Both the position numbers and the translations under genes were made by a program. The notes beneath the pieces were generated by a model. The model did not search any database and was not told where the DNA came from. It saw nothing but the letters and a program-made list of their open reading frames with translations. 64,000 nucleotides of DNA from Candidatus Woesearchaeota archaeon (GTDB lineage Archaea > Nanobdellota > Nanobdellia > Woesearchaeales > JAZDKJ01), in the NCBI GenBank assembly GCA_043803105.1, contig JAZDKJ010000006.1, positions 364,222 through 428,221 on the forward strand, written 5' to 3'. This document shows positions 55,428 through 64,000 of this stretch, piece after piece (the stretch's first letter is position 1; each line of letters begins with the position of its first letter).

Positions 55428-56891
55428 ATGGCAGCAATGCGAGAAGAGAAGCAGAAGTATTTCAACAGGATGCAGGATAATTTCCCGCAAGCACTCCTGG
55501 TTGGCTTCGCTGATTTGGATGCATCCAAAATACTGGCTGTCAACGTCTCACACCTCAACCAACATGGAGAAACCATAGAGACGACTCTCCAGCCATTAGC
55601 CTACCGCAAAGTGACTTGGACTCTTCCTAATGCAAAAGGTGAGTTGGAAGAGATGGGTTTGCGTTACGGAGACAATCCTGACCAAAAATCTGCTATGTTC
55701 AAATTAGTGGGAGGAAATCTTGCTCTTGCAGCCTGTAAGTTTGTTGGAGCAAATAACGGGCTTGTAAGTGCAATAACTGAGGCTGACATGATCCAAGCAG
55801 GTAAGCATCCAGGTAAAACAAACCTTACTGATGTGGATTCCGCGCTGAATATACTTAGGTATTTGGGTGAAAAACCGGCATGCGCTATAATGAAGCACAA
55901 CAATCCCTCCGGCTTAGCCTATGGAGGTTCTTCTGAAGTGACAGGTGCTGCCTTCGGGTCTGACGTCTCCGAAGCATACAGGAAGGCAAATGATGCTGAC
56001 AGGATAGCTGCTTTTGGTGGGGCTGCTGTTTTCAATAAGCCCATAGATACAGTCACAGCAGAAATGATTAATCGCAATTACCTGGAGGTGGTCTGTGCCC
56101 CGGACTTTGAAAGAGGTGCTGTTGAAATCCTTAAGGGTAGGAAGAACTTGAGAATAATTCGCTTGGACAATATCAATCGCCTAGAGAATTATTCAACCAC
56201 CCAGATTATTGATTTTAAGGCATTGATGGATGGTGGGTTCATAGTCCAGGAGTCCCAGGTGAATAAGGTTCGTTCATTGGCAGACCTGAAAAGAGCCAGT
56301 CACAAAGGTTATCAGACAGAACGGTGGCCCCCAGACCCCAACGAAGTTAGGGACATGATTTTTGGTGTGGCAGTAGAGTGTGGGGTTACATCAAACTCTG
56401 TCCTTTACGTTAAGGACGAAACAACAGTATCTGTTGGGACAGGTCAGCAGGACAGGCTTGATGTTACAGTCTATGCCATAGCTAAAGCGTATAGAAAGCG
56501 CCGTGACAGGGAATGTTTCAAAGAGTTTGGTATTCCCTATCCAGCGCTTGAAACAATGATATTTCACAAAGAGCAAGGCATAGACAGGGATTATGGAAGC
56601 ACTGCGGTCAATAACGCTAACCTGAACGGAGTTGGTATGCTAAGAGAGTGGAAAAAAGAGATAGATGCAAGAGTCAACAGTATACATGGTGGATTGATTG
56701 GCGCGACAAAGGTTTCAGACGCTTTCTTCCCTGAGCCTGACGCCATCGATTACTCGCTTATGGAATTCATTTCCGCAGTTGTGCATCCCGAAGGTTCGGA
56801 TAAGGATTGGGCTACCATTGATGCCTGCAATAAGGCTAAGCCGAGGCCAGTTATTGTGGCGCATACAACTCAGAGATTGTTCAAGCACTGA
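55428..56891 (+). CDS. purH: AICAR transformylase (PurH AICARFT domain only)
   Basis: GLRYGDNPDQ and MKHNNPSGLAYGG motifs, and no MGS-like IMPCH domain. Confidence 0.8.
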   Translation: MAAMREEKQKYFNRMQDNFPQALLVGFADLDASKILAVNVSHLNQHGETIETTLQPLAYRKVTWTLPNAKGELEEMGLRYGDNPDQKSAMFKLVGGNLALAACKFVGANNGLVSAITEADMIQAGKHPGKTNLTDVDSALNILRYLGEKPACAIMKHNNPSGLAYGGSSEVTGAAFGSDVSEAYRKANDADRIAAFGGAAVFNKPIDTVTAEMINRNYLEVVCAPDFERGAVEILKGRKNLRIIRLDNINRLENYSTTQIIDFKALMDGGFIVQESQVNKVRSLADLKRASHKGYQTERWPPDPNEVRDMIFGVAVECGVTSNSVLYVKDETTVSVGTGQQDRLDVTVYAIAKAYRKRRDRECFKEFGIPYPALETMIFHKEQGIDRDYGSTAVNNANLNGVGMLREWKKEIDARVNSIHGGLIGATKVSDAFFPEPDAIDYSLMEFISAVVHPEGSDKDWATIDACNKAKPRPVIVAHTTQRLFKH

Positions 56892-56893
56892 GA

Positions 56894-57850
56894 ATGTTAA
56901 ACAACAAAACCCTCGAGTCAGCCCTGTCAATACTTGGCTCTCTTGGTCCAGGACCTGCCTGCCTTATCTATAATGATGGCATGCTCTCGAGTGCTGCATG
57001 CAGCATTTCTGCTGCTGACGCTTTCGAGAAGGCTCGTGATAGTTGCTGGACAGGAACCATTGCAGGCTCTGCATTCTTCAACAGGCCTCTGTGCTTGGAC
57101 ACAGCTAAAATGATTGAAGAGACTGATCTTCTTCAGGTGTACGCTCCTTCATTTGATGATAAGGCAGTGAAGGTTTTAGAGAAGAAGACGATGGTTCCAA
57201 TAAACCTCAATAAAGCGCCAAACACAATTCAACTAATTTGCTTGAATAAGCGGAATAGTCAGTTGCGCACTTCTTTTTCTGCTCAGCAAAATGATTTGTA
57301 CTTGGCCATTGCGTGCATGCAAGATACGCCATCCCGTGCCCTGGTATTAGCCAAGGAAAGCAAGACTGCCGCGATTGTTGCGTCTGAAACACTGGAGGAT
57401 TGTGCTTTGCTTGCGTTGAGGGACGCAGGGAGAAACTATAAGAACATGATTTGTTACAATGATTACCATCTCTCCTATGACTTTCTTGAAAGCAGCATCT
57501 CCTGCGTCGCCCTCAGAGTGATTACAGAGCCAGAGGCAATTGCCAAAATTGAGGATATACAAGCAAGGAGTAAGATCATTGGTGGTGCTGTTAAGGTAGA
57601 AAAGCTTAGTGTAATGGACACCATAAACAAGCTTGCCAATCAAGACAGGTCGGGTCTTAATTACGCTGTTGCAGTCACCAAATGCGAATTTGACATGGCC
57701 ACCCTTAGCTTTCTTGCTGACAAAGGCATAATTGCTGTGGCACAGCCAAGCCATAATCCTGAGATTGAAAAAGGATGCCGTAAATTAGACCTTACTTTGT
57801 TGCTCTATCACATTAATGAAAAGCCAAAATGCTGCGAGGTGCGAATATGA
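56894..57850 (+). CDS. divergent AICARFT-like paralog (PurH-like domain protein)
   Basis: AGSAFFNRPLCLDTAKMIEETDLLQVYAPSFDDKAVKVLEKK resembles the PurH C-terminal region (SAFGGIIAFN...VEVIIAPSF...LKILAKK). It lacks the catalytic signatures. Confidence 0.4.
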   Translation: MLNNKTLESALSILGSLGPGPACLIYNDGMLSSAACSISAADAFEKARDSCWTGTIAGSAFFNRPLCLDTAKMIEETDLLQVYAPSFDDKAVKVLEKKTMVPINLNKAPNTIQLICLNKRNSQLRTSFSAQQNDLYLAIACMQDTPSRALVLAKESKTAAIVASETLEDCALLALRDAGRNYKNMICYNDYHLSYDFLESSISCVALRVITEPEAIAKIEDIQARSKIIGGAVKVEKLSVMDTINKLANQDRSGLNYAVAVTKCEFDMATLSFLADKGIIAVAQPSHNPEIEKGCRKLDLTLLLYHINEKPKCCEVRI

Positions 57851-58884
57851 ATGATAAAAAAGAATTTATGACTTACAAAGGTTCAGGTGTGGATGTTGAA
57901 AAAGGTGAGGCTGTTGCAAAAAATCTGGAGGAAGAATTGGGCTCGACTCTTAACGACCATGTGGTTCCAGGAAAGTCTGGATTCAAGAGGTTTTGGAGGG
58001 ACGAAAATCATACTTATGTTGCAGGTGCTGACGGTGTTGGAACAAAGCTCAAGGTTGGATTCTTGCTAAAAAAGATTGACACTGTAGGCATAGACCTGGT
58101 TGCAATGTGCATTAACGATATTGTCAGGGTGGGTGCAGAGCCAATGTTCTTTCTTGATTATCTTGCTACCGGTAAATTGGATGAAGGTGACCATCTTAAG
58201 ATTGTCAGTGGAATCGTAGAAGGCTGCAGGCGTGCAGGGGTTCCTTTGCTGGGAGGCGAGACTGCTGAACTGCCAGGGTTCTACTCGCCTAAAGAATTTG
58301 ATCTTGCAGGTTTTGCAGTTGGCAGAGCGAAACACCAAGATCTGATTGACGGCACCAATATAAAGGTTGGGGCTGCGCTTTTAGGCATTGAGTCATCAGG
58401 CCTGCACAGCAATGGCTACTCTTTGGCGAGAAAGGTGCTTATGGAAAAGCTAGGCCTTGGAATGTTTGATTATGTGGCCAAGCTTAGGTGCACAGTTGGA
58501 CAAGAGCTGATAAGGTCAACCATCATCTACTCCAAGCCAGTTCTTGATCTACTGAGTCACTTTCCTGGCCAGGTTCAGGGAATGGCTCATGTTAGTGGAG
58601 GAGGTATGCCAAACAAGGTTCCAAAATGTTTTCCTGAAGGCTGCGGCGCAGTCATAAATGAGGGCAGCTGGCCTGTGCATCAGATTTTCTCGTACATTGC
58701 AGAGAACGGCCCAGTTGCACCTGAGGAAATGAGAAGGACCTTCAACATGGGTATTGGTATGGTTATGGTAATAAACGACAAGGGTGTGGTGCCAGAGATA
58801 TCTTCGCTTTTGTTGGAAAGCCACAAACTCAAGAGTTATGACATAGGCAACATTGTTGCTGGCAGAGGATTGCAGTATATCTAG
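57829..58884 (+). CDS. purM: phosphoribosylformylglycinamidine cyclo-ligase (AIR synthetase)
   Basis: GVDVEKGE, GADGVGTKL and LLGGETAELPG motifs. Confidence 0.9.
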   Translation: MLRGANMNDKKEFMTYKGSGVDVEKGEAVAKNLEEELGSTLNDHVVPGKSGFKRFWRDENHTYVAGADGVGTKLKVGFLLKKIDTVGIDLVAMCINDIVRVGAEPMFFLDYLATGKLDEGDHLKIVSGIVEGCRRAGVPLLGGETAELPGFYSPKEFDLAGFAVGRAKHQDLIDGTNIKVGAALLGIESSGLHSNGYSLARKVLMEKLGLGMFDYVAKLRCTVGQELIRSTIIYSKPVLDLLSHFPGQVQGMAHVSGGGMPNKVPKCFPEGCGAVINEGSWPVHQIFSYIAENGPVAPEEMRRTFNMGIGMVMVINDKGVVPEISSLLLESHKLKSYDIGNIVAGRGLQYI

Positions 58885-58905
58885 CACCAAACCTTTTTAA
58901 AGCAA

Positions 58906-59913
58906 GTGCCTTATCGGGCTTTTATGTTCTTAGACAGATTGGGCAAGGTTGAGCACTCCAAGTTCTATGTAGAGCTTGCTATAAGGCACGCTAATGCGCG
59001 ATGCAAGCTCTTGAAGCAGAAACTGCCTGTCAAGGAACGCCTGCTAAGGGAGAAAAAGGTTGGCTCTTACAGGCTGCAGATGATTGACAAGTATTTGGGA
59101 GCAGAGCTTAACAGGCTCATAGCCTGCTTTCCAGACTTTGAGTCTATTCCTGTCTTCTACCTTGAGCTTGTCAAGCTCACAACAGATTATGAGGCGACAA
59201 CGTCAGCATTAAAAAAGCTTGATTGGCTGAGAAGAAGCACGCGCTCATTGGCTAAGGCATATATTGACAGGATTTCAAAACGTAATGACATTAAATTTAT
59301 TCTCTCCAGCGAGAAAGCATTTTATGGCAGGCTTTTCGGCTTAGCAAGGAAGGTCGACCCTAGCTTAGAAGTCCTTGAGACGGTTAGGAAGGTCATGAGA
59401 GAATACCCTGTTGTAAAGACCTCGTTGTTCACTGTTGCTATTGCAGGCTTTCCAAATGTCGGCAAGACCACTCTGCTTTTCAAGCTGACAGGTTCACAGC
59501 CAGAGATAAAGAACTATGCCTTCACAACAAAAGGCATCAACACTGCTTACATGTCTTTTGAGTCAAGGAAGGTTCAGCTTCTTGACACCCCCGGCACTTT
59601 GGACAGGATTGAGAAGATGAACAATCTTGAAAAACAGTCTTTCCTTGCAATACAGCATCTTGCAAACTGCATAGTCTATGTTTTTGATGTTACAGAATCT
59701 TATCCTCTTGATGACCAGATAAAGCTTTACCTCAGGTTAAAGGAGCTTGACAAGCCGATGATTGTGTATGCCTCAAAGACTGACATTTCCAAGGATAACC
59801 TTGCACTGCTTTCAGATTATGAGCCGATCACTGACTTACAGATTCTTCAGGAAAAGTTGAAATCCTTGGCAGAAAAATCCGATATTCTGCCACCGCCATC
59901 TTCAGATTCTTAG
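58906..59913 (+). CDS. NOG1-family GTPase
   Basis: VAIAGFPNVGKTTLL, DTPG, and a Nog1-type N-terminal helical domain. Confidence 0.8.
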   Translation: MPYRAFMFLDRLGKVEHSKFYVELAIRHANARCKLLKQKLPVKERLLREKKVGSYRLQMIDKYLGAELNRLIACFPDFESIPVFYLELVKLTTDYEATTSALKKLDWLRRSTRSLAKAYIDRISKRNDIKFILSSEKAFYGRLFGLARKVDPSLEVLETVRKVMREYPVVKTSLFTVAIAGFPNVGKTTLLFKLTGSQPEIKNYAFTTKGINTAYMSFESRKVQLLDTPGTLDRIEKMNNLEKQSFLAIQHLANCIVYVFDVTESYPLDDQIKLYLRLKELDKPMIVYASKTDISKDNLALLSDYEPITDLQILQEKLKSLAEKSDILPPPSSDS

Positions 59914-61026
59914 CCTCTCATCATCAATGTATATGGTTGGATTTCTGAAGACCTGGTCAAGGTGCGTGCTAGAATACACGCTTCCTCCGAACCATTCGTT
60001 GCTTCCTATGGCTATATGAGCAGTGCCTAATGTTTTCTCATTAATTAGGTTTGGCCCCATTATCTTTGCGTTTGGGTTTATGCCTATGCCAAGCTCCCCT
60101 ATCCTTCTTGTTCCTGCAGGATTTTTCTTTTCTGCAGCACAAAGTGTTTTTTCAAGAAGCTCTGCCTCTTCCCCGCCTTTGATGCTTGTTATCTCTCCCC
60201 TGCTCACGTCCAGCACTATCGGTTCTCTGACAAGGATTGTCTGGTCTTTGATCTTTGCGGAGCCGTCGATTACAACTCGCCCGTCAACTCCCTTTCCGTT
60301 TGGTGCTATGTAAACCTCTCCTGCAGGGATGTTCCCTCCCGATCTCGGCTCATCATAGTTTGCAGTATTGGCTACAGCATATTTCCTGCTTATGTCTATC
60401 GTCACGTCAGTTCCTGCAGGGCTTGTTACCCTTACTGTGTTCCCGTTGTCAAGCTTCTGCTTGATCAATGAGGCCCTCCTCTGCATTTCGCCGTAGTCAA
60501 CATCTATCGCTGCCACCAGGGCGCCAAACTGTTTTGTTGTCAGTTCCTGCAAGCTCACTGTTGTTGCGAATTTATGTGCCTGAGACTTAGCATATCTCCT
60601 GAAGCTTTTGCCCAGCACTTTGGCGCTGCTCAACTTGCCGCTAATCGCTATGGCAAGTGCATTGCACTCATTGAACTCTGACAATGCCTTTACAAGAGGA
60701 TCATCCTCTGTTGAGTGGATCTTTTTGGGCTCCTGTACAACAAGGCTGTACTTTAGCCCTAGTCTTTTTGCTGCCAGGAGATAGCATCCGGTCATGATGG
60801 CAGATGCTCGCCTGTCTTCATAGCCATAGTCTCCGATTATCAGGAGGTACTCCTTCCTTAGCCCAAGTGATTTTGTAAGAAGGGATTCAAATACAGGATA
60901 GTGCCGTTCTGCAACATGAAATAGGCTGTTTTCCTTTAGCCACTGCACAAATTCTTGGGGTGTCATCTCTCTGCCTTTGTTCTGTGAGGGGGTTTTTATA
61001 CTTTTTCCCAAAATTACAGTACACAA
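59902..61026 (-). CDS. M29-family aminopeptidase (AmpS/PepS-like)
   Basis: 374-aa ORF with thermophilic-aminopeptidase-type conserved blocks (GAEVYIAP-like GEVYIAPNG and IGSNEWFGG). Confidence 0.65.
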   Translation of the reverse strand: MCTVILGKSIKTPSQNKGREMTPQEFVQWLKENSLFHVAERHYPVFESLLTKSLGLRKEYLLIIGDYGYEDRRASAIMTGCYLLAAKRLGLKYSLVVQEPKKIHSTEDDPLVKALSEFNECNALAIAISGKLSSAKVLGKSFRRYAKSQAHKFATTVSLQELTTKQFGALVAAIDVDYGEMQRRASLIKQKLDNGNTVRVTSPAGTDVTIDISRKYAVANTANYDEPRSGGNIPAGEVYIAPNGKGVDGRVVIDGSAKIKDQTILVREPIVLDVSRGEITSIKGGEEAELLEKTLCAAEKKNPAGTRRIGELGIGINPNAKIMGPNLINEKTLGTAHIAIGSNEWFGGSVYSSTHLDQVFRNPTIYIDDERLRI

Positions 61027-61075
61027 CGTGCCCCGATTACAAAGGTTTTTAAAGACTCACAAATTTTTTTAACCT

Positions 61076-61366
61076 ATGACCAAGCGCATAGGCAAGGGCC
61101 GAAAAGGCACCAGGCACATCTACAGGAAAAAGCCTGCTTTGCGTGGAAAGGTTCCTATAAGAAAGTTCATGCAGAAATTTGCTGTAGGAGACAAAGTGAT
61201 GCTAAAGCTCGATCCTTTCTACCAGAAAGGTGTTTATTTCCCAAGGGTTCATTGTAAGGTCGGTGTAGTCAAAGGCAGCACAGGCAGGTGCTATCGAGTG
61301 GAGATTTCTGACAGGAAAAAACAAAAGATTTTTATTGTCAATCCAGTTCATCTGAAGAAGGTGTAA
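61076..61366 (+). CDS. rpl21e: ribosomal protein L21e
   Basis: MTKRIGKGRKGTRHIYRKK...FAVGDKVMLKLDP. Confidence 0.9.
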   Translation: MTKRIGKGRKGTRHIYRKKPALRGKVPIRKFMQKFAVGDKVMLKLDPFYQKGVYFPRVHCKVGVVKGSTGRCYRVEISDRKKQKIFIVNPVHLKKV

Positions 61367-61368
61367 TT

Positions 61369-61719
61369 TTGGCAAGACTTGAAGTTTTCAGCGAAACTCC
61401 CATATCGTATTCTGTGCTAGCTTCTGAACTTAAGAGGATAAAGAAGCGCGACAAGGAATTGAGTTTTCGCGCCCTGAAGACTGAGGAATACCTTCAGCAA
61501 ATCATTGTTCTTGAAGAGGATAAGGCCAAGGAGTTATTGGAAAAGCTTAACAAGCTAAATGTCCCAAGGCTTAAGGAAAACCACATGATAAAGCTCATTG
61601 ACCTCCTGCCGACCTCACCCGAAGAGGTTAAGCTTATTCTCCAGGGATATACCATCACAGTCAATCAAGATAATCTGAAGAAGATTTCAAAGACATTTGA
61701 AGAGTTTATGGCCAAGTGA
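61369..61719 (+). CDS. rpoF: RNA polymerase subunit F (Rpb4 homolog)
   Basis: Conserved rpl21e-rpoF-DUF655 neighbourhood, and an Rpb4-like helical protein of 116 aa. Confidence 0.65.
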   Translation: MARLEVFSETPISYSVLASELKRIKKRDKELSFRALKTEEYLQQIIVLEEDKAKELLEKLNKLNVPRLKENHMIKLIDLLPTSPEEVKLILQGYTITVNQDNLKKISKTFEEFMAK

Positions 61720-61808
61720 ATACTGCCATAAGGGGTTTTCTTGCTAGCTTTTAGCATAAGGTTTATATAGTCAGCCGGTTGTGATTCCTTGCAATTAGGG
61801 GGATTGTA

Positions 61809-62372
61809 ATGGAAAAGCAGACGATTAGAGAAGAGACAGCTGTAGTGTTAGACTCCCTGCCGAACGGCTATCCCTTTGACACGCGCCCCAGCCACATCAA
61901 GACCCCTATAGTCCAGGCGCTTGGCAAGACTCATTTTTCCCTGCTCGAGCTTGTGCCCAAGAAGGGTGTTTCTATCAAGCCTAATGAGGATATTTACATC
62001 GGTGAGGGCAAGAGGGATAAGATACATCATATCCTCGGAAAGCTTCCATTTTCCAAGCTAACAAGTACCGCAAAGTCTGAGCTCGAGTTTGTTGTTGCAG
62101 ACATAGTCGCGAAGGATGAGCAGCATTTCGTTGACTTCTTTAATACTGCTCAGCCCCTAACAATGAGGATGCACCAGCTTGAGCTTCTGCCAGGTGTGGG
62201 GAAGAAGCACATGTGGGAGATCCTGGCAAAGCGGGACGAGTTGAAGTTCGCAAGCTTTGACGACATCAAGTATAGGGTAAAGCTGATGCCTGACCCAAAG
62301 AAGACAATCGTCAAAAGGATTATCATAGAAATTGAAGGCTCGGAAAAGCATCATATTTTCATAGACTCATAA
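61809..62372 (+). CDS. DUF655-family protein with HhH motif
   Basis: LELLPGVGKKHMWEIL, a helix-hairpin-helix. Conserved downstream of rpoF in archaea. Confidence 0.65.
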   Translation: MEKQTIREETAVVLDSLPNGYPFDTRPSHIKTPIVQALGKTHFSLLELVPKKGVSIKPNEDIYIGEGKRDKIHHILGKLPFSKLTSTAKSELEFVVADIVAKDEQHFVDFFNTAQPLTMRMHQLELLPGVGKKHMWEILAKRDELKFASFDDIKYRVKLMPDPKKTIVKRIIIEIEGSEKHHIFIDS

Positions 62373-62387
62373 AAAAAGAGGTGCAGT

Positions 62388-62777
62388 ATGGCAAATGAGA
62401 GTGTTGACGACTTGGAAGTTCCGCTCTTCCCACGTCCATCTGATAATATACCAAAACCTGGATTCTTTACAAAGCTTTTCAACAGACGCAAGACTGCAGA
62501 GCCTCAGCCAGAGCTGGCTGTGCCATCAGTAGTACCTCCTCAAGAGGAATCTAAAGCGCTTGAGGTAGTGCTCCCGCAGATTAAGATGCTTGAGATCAAC
62601 AGTCAGGCGTTGAAAAAAGAGGCAAAAAAGAAAGCTAAAAAGCAGGAGATAAAACCTCCGCTTGATGCAAAACAAGCTGCACTCCAGACCAAGATTAAGT
62701 CTTTTGATGAGGAGCTTTCCAGTATAAACACTGATATTGCAAAGCTTAACGATGAGCTGACAAAGACTAAGGTTTAA
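62388..62777 (+). CDS. coiled-coil hypothetical protein
   Basis: 129-aa ORF with a K/E-rich C-terminus. Confidence 0.35.
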   Translation: MANESVDDLEVPLFPRPSDNIPKPGFFTKLFNRRKTAEPQPELAVPSVVPPQEESKALEVVLPQIKMLEINSQALKKEAKKKAKKQEIKPPLDAKQAALQTKIKSFDEELSSINTDIAKLNDELTKTKV

Positions 62778-62841
62778 GGAAATAATATTGCATTATTGTA
62801 CCTTCACGATAAATTTCTTCTGCAATATCTGCATAAATCAA

Positions 62842-63465
62842 TTATGAGAACAGTAGCCCTTTAAGGGCTCTGACAGTGCTTGCCTCAAAATCAGCCTTCA
62901 CATTGTCAAACCTGTCCCACTTTGCAAGGACTGACTTAATCCTAAGCGTTTTGCAGGCAGTCACATCTTCTCTGCTATTGCCAATATAGCAGGTTGGCTT
63001 GCCGTATCTCGCAGTAAAACGCCTTAACAGGACTAGTTTTGAAGGTTTCTCGTGGAGTGGCTGCAGAAATACTATATCAAATAAGGCTCCAGATGCTTTC
63101 AACAAAGGTTTGACAACATCTTCTGGGGAAGTGGTCACTAAGGCTGTTCTGTATTTTTTCCTTAAGGTTTTCAGGAGTTGGGTCATATCCTTGACCAAAA
63201 TGTCATGTTCTTGTGCTTTGCCCAGGAGAATCAGCTGGTAAAGGTTCCTTGCAAGCTTGACAAGGACTACCTTGTCTTGAATTCCAGTATATCTCTTTGT
63301 TATTGTAATTACTGATCCCATAAAATCTTTTTTCCCTGCAAGCCTAACTACCTTAGGGTCTTTGAGGAGTATTGACATTATCCTGTACCAATCCTTGTGC
63401 GCCTCTTCGCTAATCGCCGACTTTATCGTTGTGCCGTCAAAGTCAAATGCTATTATTGGTTTCAT
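62842..63465 (-). CDS. HAD-superfamily hydrolase
   Basis: N-terminal IIAFDFDGTT, HAD motif I (DxDGT). Confidence 0.7.
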   Translation of the reverse strand: MKPIIAFDFDGTTIKSAISEEAHKDWYRIMSILLKDPKVVRLAGKKDFMGSVITITKRYTGIQDKVVLVKLARNLYQLILLGKAQEHDILVKDMTQLLKTLRKKYRTALVTTSPEDVVKPLLKASGALFDIVFLQPLHEKPSKLVLLRRFTARYGKPTCYIGNSREDVTACKTLRIKSVLAKWDRFDNVKADFEASTVRALKGLLFS

Positions 63466-63842
63466 TGCTTCTTTGCTTTTTTCTTTTTTGGCTGTTCCTC
63501 TTGTGCCGGTTGCTCGATGCTTGTCTCATCTGCTTTTTGGTCTTTTTTTTCATGTTCTTTTTCAAGCTCTTCCACATAGTTCACCTGCAGCTGTGTAATC
63601 GCACCTGACAGCAGGCTTTCTTCTGCCCTTGAAAGGTTTCCCCTGGTCTTTTTCTGCAGCATTACAAGAACATCTATTGTCTGTTTTGCAGCAGCAAGAT
63701 TTTTTTCCTGTTTTCCCGTTATTGGATTGGCGATCTTTCCAAGAAGCATCCATGTGCTTCCTTGAAGCCCCATTACCAGCTGCATGAATTCTGATTCAAA
63801 ATTTTCATCCATCTTATCACCCCGGGATGATGGTCTTTGCAT
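63462..63842 (-). CDS. DUF1844-like small protein
   Basis: FMQLVMGLQGSTWMLLGKIANPITGKQEKNLAAAKQTIDVLVMLQKKTRGNLS pattern. Confidence 0.4.
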   Translation of the reverse strand: MQRPSSRGDKMDENFESEFMQLVMGLQGSTWMLLGKIANPITGKQEKNLAAAKQTIDVLVMLQKKTRGNLSRAEESLLSGAITQLQVNYVEELEKEHEKKDQKADETSIEQPAQEEQPKKKKAKKQ

Positions 63843-63935
63843 TCATATTTAAGATTTGTTGCAAAAGTCAAGTTTTATAAACCATTCAAGAAACCTTGAC
63901 CTCGCTGAGTCATACTGGCTCGGGAGGTAACACCT

Positions 63936-64000
63936 ATGGCTGAATTCAAGCTTGTTTTGTCAACAAAGGATGGCAAGAGCCACCAACGTGATGTTAAAGA
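63936..64000 (+). CDS. rps6e: ribosomal protein S6e (N-terminal fragment, continues past window end)
   Basis: MAEFKLVLSTKDGKSHQRDVK matches the S6e start (MA.FK.V.SDPKTG..YQ). Preceded by GGGAGGT. Confidence 0.6.
   Translation, partial: MAEFKLVLSTKDGKSHQRDVK

Overview
This is an archaeal chromosomal window with both core and accessory regions. Archaeal markers are a split rpoB'/rpoB'' and rpoA'/rpoA'', aIF-2, aIF-5A, aRF1, prefoldin beta, and ribosomal proteins L40e, L37ae, L21e and S6e. GC is about 42-45%.

The window starts inside the RNA polymerase operon (rpoH-rpoB''-rpoB'-rpoA'-rpoA'', minus strand), immediately followed by a tRNA cluster (Lys, Asp, Tyr). The middle is mostly hypothetical, secreted or membrane proteins, an Lhr helicase and an ArsR/ArsP module. 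Next come translation and ribosome genes (aIF5A, L40e, aRF1, L37ae, rpoP, prefoldin, Drg, aIF-2). A compositionally distinct tyrS island follows. The final ~13 kb is a purine-biosynthesis cluster (purD, PurE-like, purB, guaB, purA, purO, purH, a PurH-like paralog, purM), then rpl21e-rpoF-DUF655 and the rps6e start.

The most unusual content is RNA-level:
- Every tRNA gene I can fold carries introns, including non-canonical ones in the T-loop and D-loop, up to three per gene.
- At least three, possibly four, tRNA genes are preceded by a promoter-proximal leader element. It starts with a copy of the first 12-20 nt of the downstream tRNA and then a conserved hairpin, (G/C)AGCUG-N4-6-CAGCU(C/G)-GCAMC, whose closing base pair covaries between copies.
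- An AT-rich tyrS gene sits between direct repeats of a tRNA-Pro-like 5' end, among tRNA fragments.

Other notable items: a MazG-like gene broken by an in-frame TAG; a 44-aa TFB zinc-ribbon-only ORF start-stop overlapped with another Zn-ribbon protein; a surface-protein operon with a class-III-signal-peptide (pilin-like) 723-aa protein and a 649-aa cysteine-rich secreted protein; an ArsR-small Cys peptide-ArsP module; and tandem HIT-like paralogs with degenerate histidine triads.
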